The position numbers and the translations under genes were made by a program. A stretch of DNA of 64,000 nt from Octopus sinensis. Taxonomy: Eukaryota. Each line of letters opens with the position of its first letter. Within the stretch, counting starts at the first letter, position 1. Where the stretch lies: the NCBI RefSeq assembly GCF_006345805.1, contig NC_043008.1, positions 23,684,001 to 23,748,000 of the forward strand, given 5' to 3'. Positions 11,934-24,065 of this stretch are shown in pieces. The notes under the pieces are model-generated. The model was not told the origin of the DNA, searched no databases, and saw only the letters and a list, made by a program, of their open reading frames with translations.

Positions 11934-12273
11934 CGATTCAGTCCTATGGCGTGGCACATTGGGCAAGTGTCTTCTACTATAGTTTTGGATCGACCAAGTC
12001 CTTGTGAGAGGATTTGGTAGGCGAAACTATAAGAAGCCCGTTATGTATATATGTGTATGTGAGTGTGTGTGCCTTTGTTTTTATGTTTGTCTCTCCATCA
12101 TCGCTTGACAACCGTGTTGGTGTGTTTACGTCTCCGTAAATTAGAGGTTCTGCAAAAGAGAACGATAGAATAAATACTAGGCTTACAAACAATAAGACCT
12201 GCGGTCGATTTGTTCGACTAAAAGGCCCTTTAATGCGGTGCTCCAGCGTGGCCGTAGTAAAAGAATAAAAGAA
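11934..12273 (+). mobile_element. SINE family A copy, diverged
   Basis: GGGCAAGTGTCTTCTACTATAG ... GCGGTGCTCCAGCGTGGCCG. Confidence 0.85.
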
Positions 12274-12277
12274 TATG

Positions 12278-12344
<67 letters not shown>

Positions 12345-13923
12345 CTATGTTTGTATGTATAAAATAAGATATCATTATTATCAAAAATAGCAACAATAAA
12401 GTGGCCAGGAAGCTTAACCAGTATAGGTAAATATACACGGTGTAGAGTATATATTTTGCAAAAAAATAGTTATTTACAATAAGCTTAGCTATTGATCCTA
12501 ATTGTTTGGCACTAAAGGTGAATTCAATTGATACTCAGGTAACTGTACTTTGCTTTGTGCTTTTGCAAAAGTAAGGGCTGTTTTTTCTTATATTCGCTAC
12601 ATTAACCATGCGTGTTTTGTTTATAGTGAGAAATATGCGGCTTTGGGGAGTTGACTCTTCTTTTTAGCATAGCTGCGAATTTGTTTTAACATGTGGCCGA
12701 AGTTCTTAACTTTTATTCACATTTGAAATGCGCGTGGCAATGATATGCACCTCGCAATTATCTCCTTATTTTCTCTTTGTGGCTATTCGTATACGTATAC
12801 AGTACACATATCAAGTGTATTAAATCAACTGACTCGATCGAAATAAAAACTGCTTCACTTCTAGCTTCTCCCCCTCAGCTTTATCTTGAACATTTTATAA
12901 AAACCATCCTAGAATTTCTGCGCTTATTTTGTTAGAGCTCTATTCAAATTTTGCTTTGGCGCACGTGGGAATAATTCTGGGTGTTTCGTCATAAAAATAG
13001 AACTAATAACATTATGATGCTTTCTATTAACTTTTATTTATGTGCTGTGAATGGTAAACTTTCACCCAAATGTCATTCACTGTAGCCAGTAATTAGTAAT
13101 ATACTTGCTAAATCATTTGTATCATTAGTGTTAATAAAAATTTAGCTGGTATTAATTAAAGCACATTTTATCGGAATACTTAAACGTGGCTGAAAAACTA
13201 AAAGAAAAACATTTCATGCAATACACGTGCATATATATATATTTGTGCGCCCACTTGTGTGTGTATGTTTGTATGGATGTATGCATCTAAGGACATCTGT
13301 GCATTATATTTTATGCATATACGCATATGCATAAGCATGCCCACACACATACATACACATACACAATCACATACATACACATATATACACTGAAACACAT
13401 GAAATATCACTAAGTGACAGTTCTAAGATATGGATATGTATTTCTATGGAATTTGTACGTGTTCGTCTCTTTCACGCTAACCTCTTTGACATGTCCACCA
13501 TATAATTAAAGATGACAACTTCATTAGCTGCTTTCATGTGATACCGACTGAAGGATAAACGTGAAATATAAAACATTAGTCCTTTTAACGTAAAGCAACA
13601 ACAGAACACCAACCAGAAAATTGCTTTCTAGCTGATTGACTCAAGTAAGTGTATATACGATCATTTAGTATGACCGAATAATTTTTAAAGTTGGAACTTT
13701 CCACAGCCATGTGACTTGAAATGTTGTGAATTACAGAGTGGCCATTATTATTACTAAGTATTAAGTGGATATCTTAATTTCTTCCCTTTGTTTATTATCA
13801 AGATGGTATGTGACGTACTTTTGACTGCAGTAGATAAGGAAATCTTTAGTAGTTTATAGCACTAAGATCCAAATCACAATCTGCGGGCACTTTTCTCATT
13901 ATTTCGTACGTGTGTATCATGTG

Positions 13924-13955
<32 letters not shown>

Positions 13956-14052
13956 CTAACAATATAGGATGAAGTCCCTTTCTCTACAGAAAAGGATTCC
14001 ATCAAAAAGCGTGGCAGTATATTAAAAAAACCTTTACGGTTGAAGTATAAAC

Positions 14053-14274
14053 ATCTTATAATTAAGGGCTAAAGAAGGTTATTCTAAAGCCAATAGAAGA
14101 ATGTATCCTTTATAGGCATTAATTCCGAAATTGATTCAATATAGAGATAACGAAATTTAAATTTTCTAAAGGTTAGTTGCCCGCTTTCAGTTCAATTTTC
14201 CTGTAACAAGTGGATTATAAGTGGATAAATCAGTGTATTGGCTTTAGAATAACCTTCTTTAGCCCTTAATTATA

Positions 14275-14278
<4 letters not shown>
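14053..14278. repeat. 43-bp perfect inverted repeat enclosing 140 bp
   Basis: 14053-14095 / 14236-14278; abuts (TA)n. Confidence 0.9.
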
Positions 14279-14345
<67 letters not shown>

Positions 14346-14347
<2 letters not shown>

Positions 14348-14548
14348 CTCTTTTACTCTTTTACTTGTTTCAGTCAAGTGACTGCGGCCATACTGGAGCA
14401 CCGCCTTTAGTCGAGCAAATCGACCTTATTCTTTGTAAGCCCAGTACTTATTCTATCGGTCTGTTTTGCCGAACCGCTAAGTGACGGGGACGTAAACACA
14501 CCAGCTTGGGGGACAAACACAGACACACAAACATATACACACACATAC

Positions 14549-14617
<69 letters not shown>

Positions 14618-14772
14618 TACGACAGGCTTCTTTCGGTTTCCGTCTACCAAATCCACTCACAAGGCCCAAGGCTATAGCAGAAGACACTTGCCCAAGGTGC
14701 CACGCAGTGGGACTGAACCCGGAACCATGTAGTTGGTAAGCAAGCTACTTACCACACAGCCACTCCTGCGCC
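14346..14772 (-). mobile_element. SINE family A, full length
   Basis: Head GGCGCAGGAGTGGCTGTGTGG (A box), GGTTCAGTCCC (B box), tail GTAAAAGAGTAAAAGAG. Confidence 0.95.
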
Positions 14773-15019
14773 TTATATATATATATATACAAACACCATA
14801 TATTTGTGAAAAGGGCGAACGTTGTCTCACAAGCCGTTGTGTAGGCAAAAGTGTTACTAAATGTGGTCGGATTGATCTGAAAATTTTCACATCTATATTA
14901 TAAGTGTTGGCGGATTTTGCATGGCATTTCTGAGTTTGCTCAATTAAAAGGCGTGGCCTCTAAGGCAAACTTCCTCATCTTTAAAATGTGGCCCGAGTAG
15001 ACCCGAATGAGTAGGCTCC

Positions 15020-15245
15020 GCGGCATTGAGGTGTTATACAAATGCCAGAACTGGCATTGAGTGTTATGCAAATGCCAGAACTGACCGCGATTGTACTGTA
15101 CCAAAGATATCATCCACTACATCTAAATACAGGACCAGGTACTGCAACAGCCTGGAGTTCAGAGACCTACAGCTCTTCAATGCCCTCCTCAAAAATTATG
15201 TTATAATTTAGGATAAACAGTACAAAATATAGTACTTAAAGTTTA
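15020..15245 (+). mobile_element. CR1/L2-group LINE fragment, same family as 11371-11750
   Basis: RDCTVPKISSTTSKYRTRYCNSLEFRDLQLFNALLK. Confidence 0.7.
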
Positions 15246-15362
15246 TCTAATATCCAGGTGTCATTCTTTTGTCGATACTTGTTGTTGTTGTTGTTGCTGT
15301 TCTTCTTCTTCTTCTTCTTCTTCTTCTTCTTCTTCTTCTTCTTCTTCTTCTTCTTCTCATTA

Positions 15363-15393
<31 letters not shown>

Positions 15394-15398
15394 ATCAC

Positions 15399-15468
<70 letters not shown>

Positions 15469-15629
15469 TAGTTTTATTTTTATAGCGTGCTTTCACTTCA
15501 CTACCGAGCGCAGCTCTGTGTGCCTTGGGTATGTGCTGTGATTTGTTGTGATGCTCTGATGGTTATTGTATTATTATTATTATTATTATTATTATATGTA
15601 TATTTGTATGTATATGTTTGTGCGTATGC

Positions 15630-15698
<69 letters not shown>

Positions 15699-15699
15699 T

Positions 15700-16509
15700 A
15701 CTTGGTTTAAAAAGAAACAAAATTTAGATAATCATTCTATAGTTATGATTTACATCAACATTAATACATATAACATCAAATTACATTAAGACAACTAACA
15801 TCTATATATTATTTAGAATAGAAATAAGAATTATAGGAAGTAAAAATATACGTGAAAAGGATAAATAAATAAACGTTGATATATCAATTAAAAATCATAT
15901 TAAATTTAAGGTAAAAAAAACATTGAATTAAGGATTAAAATTTGTAAGATACATCGGCAGTAGTGAGAAAACCTAATGATAGATTTAAAAGTTTAATTCT
16001 CCCATCATCCTACACTTGAAATTTAATTATCTATTTGCTTATTCCTGATGAAGGGGACATTGTCAGTGTGAAACTAAAGGATCCATACCTTGTTGACTAA
16101 TGGAATCCAGAAACGGCCGTCGAACTGTTTCATATATGACGTTATAACGTTTTAATTACATTTCTTCGGAACACCTCTAAACGTTTAAATCCATCATTAG
16201 GATTTCCCACTACAGCTAATAGATCTTAATTCAACGTTTTTTAAACTTAAATTTAATACAATTTTTAATCGATATATCAATCTTTATTTATTTTTCTTTC
16301 ACGTATATTTTACCTCATATAACTCTTATAACTTATTTCTATTCTAAATAATATATAGATATATTCCTTGTCTTCTTATAATATAAATAATATATAGATG
16401 TTAGTTGTCTTAATGTAATTTGATGTAATTTGATGTTATATAAATTACGTTGATGTGAACCATAACTATGAAATGATTATCTAAATTTTCGTCTCTTCTT
16501 AAACCAAGT
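15700..16509 (+). mobile_element. foldback cassette: about 300-bp diverged inverted repeats around an HHR
   Basis: 15700-15995 matches the reverse complement of 16178-16509; HHR in the spacer. Confidence 0.8.
16042..16134 (+). ncRNA. type I hammerhead ribozyme candidate
   Basis: TTC-CTGATGA-AGGGGA..long stem II..ATCCA-GAAA-CGGCC-GTC-GAA; palindromic ACGGCCGT stem III; stem I only 3 bp. Confidence 0.62.
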
Positions 16510-16599
16510 TATATAATGTCTAACATCTCAAGTTCGACCTCAGCACTTCCAGACAATTGTGTAAAAATATCTTTCTCGAAAGAAAAGAACAATATATAT

Positions 16600-16764
16600 A
16601 TATAACTCGACTGAGGATCGGAAGCTCCGAATAACCTGTCCTTTTTTGTATCGTCTAACTGTCCGGATGTTTTGTTGTCGTCTGTTACGTTCTTATTCCC
16701 TTTTTAGCTTTCTTTTTATATATACATATGGCGGTGTACGACACTTTTGATCTCCTGTATGTAA

Positions 16765-16815
<51 letters not shown>

Positions 16816-17123
16816 CACCGTGATCACCGTGACCGACCAGGCTATCAGATATTGTTACACATCGCTGGTCACAATGCGCTTCGCATTGTTTTAGCCTTCA
16901 AATGACGCCACCCCGCTGGCTAAGCGAGCTGGCCAACAGTAGAAAGAGTGAGAGAAAGTTGTTGCAAAAGAGTACAGCAGGGATCGCCACCACCACCCTG
17001 CCGGAGCCTCGTGGAGCTTTAGGTGTTTTCGCTCAATAAATACTTACAATGCCCAGTCTGGGAATCGAAACCGCGATCCTACGACCGCGAGTTCGCTGCC
17101 CTAACTACTAGGCCATTGCGCCT

Positions 17124-17170
<47 letters not shown>

Positions 17171-17171
17171 T

Positions 17172-17255
<84 letters not shown>

Positions 17256-17790
17256 TTCTGTACGACTCTCTTGCTCTTTCTTTTAGCCCCTTAAACACTT
17301 TCTTCGTTCTTTTCACTTTTCTTTTTCTCGCTCCTCCTCTCTCACATTTCTTGGCCTTCCCTTCATTCTCACTTTCCCTCCTCTTTTACCTCGCTCTGTC
17401 CCTGTCGTAAGGCTTCACTTCCACACACGCCAGCTTAATTTAATTCGTCCTTAGTCGAAAGACACCCGCTGTTAATGTCCTGTTTATATTTGTAATTGTG
17501 AACCAGTTCTCCTTTTTTTTCTTCCTTGCTTTCGTATACATTCGCTTGCTTTCTTCCAAGGAATCAAGTGCTCTTAGCTTAGATTTTTTGGGGCCCAGCC
17601 AGATTGGAGCAGTCTCTCGTGTAACCGGCCGAAACCGCTAAGATGATCTGGAACTTGACTGAGGATAGAAAGCTCTGAATGATCCGTCCTTGTTTTTTCC
17701 TACCCTTTTTTCCATCGTCTAAATGTCCGGATGTTTTGTTGTCACTTGTTACGTTCTTGTTCCATTTTATATTTTCTTTGATATATATAT
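16600..17790 (+). repeat. partial tandem of the pLTR-like repeat, interrupted by a SINE
   Basis: CTGAGGA..GAAT..GTC..CCGGATGTTTTGTTGTC occurs at 16611 and 17659. Confidence 0.75.
16815..17126 (-). mobile_element. SINE family B (tRNA-Arg-like head)
   Basis: TGGAGGCGCAATGGCCTAGTAG A-box, GGTTTCGATTCCC B-box; inserted in a (TA)n/(CA)n tract. Confidence 0.85.
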
Positions 17791-17839
17791 ATATCATATT
17801 AATTAACAGGAGATGGATTTGGTATTAAATCTTTGTTGG

Positions 17840-17884
17840 GCACAACGTATGTTTCGACCCGTCAGACTGGGTTTCATCAGGTAC
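17840..17884 (-). ncRNA. minimal type I hammerhead ribozyme candidate
   Basis: GTAC-CTGATGA-AACCC(AGTCTGAC)GGGTC-GAAA-CATAC-GTT-GTGC. Confidence 0.68.
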
Positions 17885-18285
17885 ATCGATAAAGATATGT
17901 CTCACTACAGATTTAGTGTCGGCTGACTTGTTGTTATATGTCCAACAAGTTGGAGAATGAATAGACGCAAAAAGTTCAAATCGTGAAAATCTTACGTTTC
18001 TCTTTAGATGAAATGACCTAATCAGCTTTTTAGTTTAGAGCAAAAAAGGAGAAAAGAAATTCTTAGTCAAGCAGTTTTATGCTCATACATATGCATACAG
18101 ACAGATAGACACACACACACACACACACACAGAGACAGCCACACACACTCACATATATACACATATATACATATATATATATACATATATACTTATACAA
18201 ACATACGTATATATATATATATATTTATAGTCATATCCACATATATACATATACATACATACATACATACATACATACATACATA

Positions 18286-18322
<37 letters not shown>

Positions 18323-18630
18323 AGGCAAAGATTGATGGGTCGAAATATATGTTCTACCCGATAAAGATTTAATACCAAATTCATCTCCTGTTAATATTAT
18401 TACCTTAACTGCCACCTCGGAGCTCCTGAAATAGATCCAACAGAAGTGTACCACGATTGCAGATGACAACAGGTAGCCTAAACTGTTGTGGAGCTCTACT
18501 CAACATTTAAACACACTAATCGACTTATACTTATTTGTCCAAATTATTTATTATTAATATATATATATATGAACATACACAGAACCATATACGTAACATT
18601 AAAGGACATACAATGCAATAGGGAAGTATA

Positions 18631-21300
18631 TGCTGTGGTGAAATCCTGACACCCCTGTGGAATAGCAAGTGAACTATCCTAAACCTTGTAAAGGTCCATG
18701 CGTACTGATATTACAGTGTGATGTCTGCAGTCACATTTGTGAAGGCATTCGTGGATGTTGTTGAGAAGAGATATGTTTGTTACGTGTTGTTACTGATTTA
18801 GTTTTTGTAGTGTTACAAAACTGTTACAGTGTAGTCTGTATCCAAACTCAAGGATATGCAAGTGGCGACGAGACATTCGAAGCTCACTGTGGACGTTCTT
18901 AGTGTGGAAGACCTATTGGCTTCCGTGGTACAGTTGCAACGGAAACTACAACAGCAACAACAGATACAACAGCAACTACAACAACAGCAAAATCAACAGT
19001 TGTTGGAATTATTGTTGCAGTCCAAAAACACTTTAGTTTCGTTTTCGGCGGACAGGGCTGCTAATTCAATTAAAGAATTTACTTATAATCTCGAAGAAGA
19101 GATTACGTTTTCTGCATACTTCAGAGGGTATGAAGGAATCATCAAAGAAGAATGTAGAAACTGGACGGACGAAAAGAAGGTACGACTTCTTTTAAGAAAA
19201 TGAACACCCACAGAGCATGAAATTACACCCTGCCGAGAAAACCATCCGAAATTTGTCATCTAAAATATTCATTGAAAGAAGTTCACTATTTAATATTAGC
19301 TGGGATTGTTTGAATTTGGAAAAAAACCAGAGAAGCTGAATATTTCGTCCCGTATGCCGAAATCATAAACAGAGAATGTGAAAAATTTAAACTAAACGAA
19401 TTAACTGTGCATGTTCAAATGTCTATGCAGAGATACGGGCTCGGATATTGATGAAACTAGAACAAGATTCGAAACTAAATCTACAGACAGTAGCTGAAGA
19501 ATGACAGGACGCAGAAAAAATTGAAAAAAATTATTCAAATATATATACGTGTTGACCTGTAACTGATAAGGAAAAATACAAACAATAGTCAAGACCCAAA
19601 CCATGCTATGGGTGTGGAAAAATACATTTTAAAGGAAACTGTCCTTTTAAAAATCTAAAATGTTTTGGATGTGGAAAAATCGGACACAGGAATTCACATT
19701 GTTGGGTGAAACAAAAAAGGTCGAACGAAAAAGATTCGAGAAAATGTATTGTCAACACAAATGCAAAGCGAGGCAAAAAAAAGAAAATTTTTTTTCCATA
19801 AAAATACATAATGTGAATACGAGACTACAGTTGGACACAGGTAGTGATATGATGATAATTAACGATGCTATATGGAGAAAAATAGGAAAGCCTACATTGA
19901 AAATAAAACTTCGAAAATTGCGCTAGGTATTGCGATTTTAGGCGAAATGATAAGTAAGGTGACATTTCGTGGAAAACTTTGAAAGCCAAATATCTTTGTA
20001 TTAAAAAATACGGCAAACCTATTTGGTTACGTGACTTTGGAGTAATCTACTCCCAGATCAGTCGTGGCGAAAAACTAGATAGTCTATTCCGTCGAAGGGA
20101 TAGCATGAATTATCTCTTTATTTAAGAATGTAATTTCTAAACAACTGACTTGTGTATATTTGTCAAACCCTGACATGTCTCACAATAAAAAATGTTTTAT
20201 ATTAAGAAGAGTCTTTGCCATAAAAATGCAATACATCTGTTCTAGTATTTATATAAATATATAAACTTCAGACAAAACTAAAAGATGCAAAAGCGAGGTA
20301 TGAAGTTGTATAAATACAAGTTTATTGTAGGCACCTACGAACTCACGAACAACTTTTAATTTTATTGATCAAAAATATTAGGCTCCTTCTGAGAATCGTC
20401 AGAGTAATTTTGAGTGTAATTTCTCTCGTAAATAAGCAGCACAGCTGGTTAAAGGAGTGTGTGTACTGTACAAACTTCCCTCTGAAAATTTATAATATCG
20501 TAAGTGAAACTGGAGGAGAGATATGATTATTGATAATTGCTACAGGAAACTCTCACCATCCTAATAAATGTCGGACTCGGTGTACTAAGCTGCTTAACAG
20601 GCAACGATCATACAAAAGAACTCGGAGACAGATGAGCTAAAAATAGGGGTCCATAGCATGTTAAAATTCTCAGAATAAATTTACAGGTTATTATTTATGA
20701 AGAATCCCTGCGAAACAATATGGTAACTGATAATAGGAAGGAAAACGAAAAAAAAATCTGTGGTCGTAACTTACTTAAACAGAAACTTCAAAGGGAATCA
20801 CCCATCATCTCAGGAGAAAGTTCATAATAACCCGTAAGTTAGATGATAGCAGTAATATTGGCCGGAAGAGAGGACCATCTATTGGACCTGTGATAAATAT
20901 ATGAAACATCACCTGGGATATTCGTTCGATATAAAGGACCACTGGATAGCTACTAAATACCCGATCAGCTATATAAACGGCAATGCCTCCGAATATTCAC
21001 CTTGTGATAAAAGAATGTCGATTCGCAATAGCTCTAAGGAAGACATCACCTATGTCATTAGCAGCTGTCTGCAAGATGAGGTACGACGCTGTTTCTGCAA
21101 ACCATTTGCAACGCAATTCACAGGAAAGATTTTTTCGATGGTCATGCACACCAAAAGCAGCAGCTAAATGGTTTCGTCGTGTTTGGCTACCCGGCAGATG
21201 TGAATGTCGTATCCAAAATACGGGGAAAAGAATCGTCTACTATCGAAGAATATGCAGCTAATATGTCCATGCAATAGAGTTCCAAAGTCTCTGAAAACTG
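18631..21300 (+). mobile_element. degenerate Gypsy/Ty3 LTR retrotransposon (candidate 5' LTR, PBS, gag, protease, pol remnants)
   Basis: TG..CA segment 18631-18860; gag-like SIKEFTYNLEEEITFSAYF; two CCHC knuckles near 19600-19710; LQLDTGSD protease motif; scattered pol remnants; no matching 3' LTR seen. Confidence 0.8.
18863..18872 (+). promoter_or_regulatory. primer binding site TGGCGACGAG
   Basis: Immediately after the candidate LTR end; complementary to the 3' end of tRNA-Ser(GCU) (..CUCGUCGCCA) as recalled. Confidence 0.7.
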
Positions 21301-21561
21301 ACTGCGTCCTTCTAATTCAATCCATTTATAACTGAGTAAAGATTTGTAAAACATTCTATGGATTCCCTATTTTAGTTTCCTCGGAAAAACATATGTATTA
21401 AGATATGCATAAAGAATAACGAAACGTACAAAAACCACGTACAAACATTATATACATAGACATACAGTAACATAAGATCCTTACATGCACATAATTACTC
21501 ACTCACCTATTCTAAAACTACTGGAAGTATCTTGAATCAAGCAAAAAACTTGTGACGTTGA

Positions 21562-21607
<46 letters not shown>

Positions 21608-21951
21608 AACACAATCGTACATACATACATATCACTTCGCATGTGAATATTTTTAGGCGAAATATTGGAATTAAAAATTTAGAACCAGTAGCCGTTGGAT
21701 TTTGATTTTGTATGTGTTGCTCTTTTTTCGTTGTAGCTTTGGGCAAATAAATTAATTTCACATGCAACAGTGCATCTAACAGTGGATAAAAAGCGTGCGA
21801 TTATCTACGAATGGGACCTGAAATAGTCTGAAAACTTCCTTGGGATAAAATCTTTACTTGGAATGTACTTGAAAGGTAAATGTGGCGACTTTGAATATTT
21901 GGAGACCTCATACAAGTATATAAAAGGAGATATTTATTACTCTTCTCATAG

Positions 21952-22035
<84 letters not shown>

Positions 22036-22439
22036 GACTGTGTGTATGTATGCGTGTATATCTGTGTGTATATGTGTGGCGTTTGGTACCACTTTAAATG
22101 TAACTTGTTACAAATCCACGTGTGTTTTGATCTGTAAGAACGTTTCAATCGAAATAGGTTTAGTTGATGGAGAGAGATGTTTCAAGACGTGGCCTTTCTA
22201 AATATAAGTGTATTAGATAAATATTTTATATTAAGTTAAAATAGAGAAGGAAATGGATATTAGTGGTAGTCGAATTGTAACGGTTTCTTCAGCAGTTAAA
22301 GAGAAAATTGTAAATAGATACGGTAAGCAAGAAAGATCTAATTAAATTTCCTTCTTAAATATTGAAACGCAGTTCCTTGAAAACCGGATGGTCAGTGTTG
22401 CGATTCGAATGGCACATAACATCAGGTCACTTCCACCAG

Positions 22440-22990
22440 ATTTCATGAAAATTACAGCTAGAATGGATCAGGACCTGCGCTGCATGTAAAAGCTAAAATA
22501 CACTACAGTGTTATTATTTGGCACTTTCACAACACCGGATGTACATTTCCAACATATCCAAATCGACATTGTGGAACCACTTATCTTCTATTCAGAATTG
22601 TACTCATATGCTAACCTGCACCAACCGATTCTCCAGCTGGTCTTAAGCTTTTCCCCTATCCTTCAGCGGAATGTATTGCCAAAATTCATGTACACCTCTG
22701 GATATCGCATTTTGGTAACCTGCAACAATCACGATGGACAGAGGATGTGAGCTCGAGTCTTACCCTGTTCATTGAGCTCACTCGTCTCCTTGGGTACCAC
22801 ACCGCTGCTACAGCCTATCATCCCGTGGCCAATTGCATGGGCGAATGATTTCACTAACAACTGAAATTCGCCCTTAACGTATACCGCAACAGCAATAACT
22901 AGTTGGAATACCTTTCATATTTTCTTCTCAGTTTTCGTGCCGACGTCAAAAAAGAAATCAGATATACATCGGTAGAATTAGTCTGTTACC
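22440..22990 (+). mobile_element. Gypsy integrase relic
   Basis: FQHIQIDIVEPL and TTA(Y)HPVANCMGE*FH*QLKFAL integrase-core motifs. Confidence 0.75.
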
Positions 22991-23237
22991 TGATCAAATA
23001 ATCGCACCTATTTCTCCACAATATTTCACAGACACATTGAGTTATTTTCATCGTTTCCGGACAGACATATCTCATGTCCCATCTGTAACTCATCAGAATG
23101 TTGCTGTAACTGTCAAAACACACGTGGATTTGTAACAAGTTACATTTAAAGTGGTACCAAACACCACACATATACACACTTCCTAGATATATATAAATTA
23201 TACAGGAAAATTGTCTGTCTATCAATCTATCTATAAC

Positions 23238-23333
<96 letters not shown>

Positions 23334-23400
23334 GTGTATATACATGTGTGTGTATGTGTGTGTCTCTCTCTCTTTTATTCTCCCCCTCTCGCTCTGTGTG

Positions 23401-23433
<33 letters not shown>

Positions 23434-23534
23434 ATACTCACACACACACACACACACGTGCACATTGCAGTCGTTCATTGCGGCCGGTCAGTATGTTACC
23501 AATTGTGTGGCACCTATTATGGTCTTTAAAAAAC

Positions 23535-23838
23535 TAGCACTTCGTCAGTTACGACGATGAAGGATTCAGTTGATCCGAACAACGGAACTACTTGATTGTG
23601 AAATTAACGTGCATGTGGCTGAGCACTCCACAGACATGTGTACCCTTAATGTAGTTCTCAATGAAATTCAGCGTGTTACAGAAAGCTGACCCTTTGAAAT
23701 ACAGGTACTAATCATTTTCGTCAGCTGAGTGAACAGGACTAACATGAAATAAAGGGCACAATGCACTACTGGGAATCAAACTCACGACCTTACGATGGTA
23801 AGCCGAAAACCCTAACCACGAAGCCACGCTCCTTCAGA
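23535..23838 (-). mobile_element. tRNA-derived SINE, third family
   Basis: Minus head TGAAGGAGCGTGGCTTCGTGGTTAGG..GAGTTTGATTCCC; body GTCTGTGGAGTGCTCAGC. Confidence 0.75.
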
Positions 23839-23849
23839 TTTCATGTTGC

Positions 23850-24065
23850 TCCAATCCACTAAGGTGGCAAAAGTGAGTAGTGCCTGTATTTTAAAGGACC
23901 AACTGTCAAACATGAGTAGTATCAGTATTTCAAAGGGCCAGCCTTGTTACATTCTGTGTCACGCTGATTCTCCCAGAGAACTGTTAAAGGTATGTGTGTC
24001 TGTGGAGTGCTCAGCTACTTGTACGTTAATTTATGAGCAGGCTGTTCCCCTGGTACCAGTATTAT
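23850..24065 (+). mobile_element. 5'-truncated SINE of the same family, opposite orientation
   Basis: GTATTTCAAAGGG..GTCTGTGGAGTGCTCAGC..CGTTAATTT shared with 23535-23838. Confidence 0.7.
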
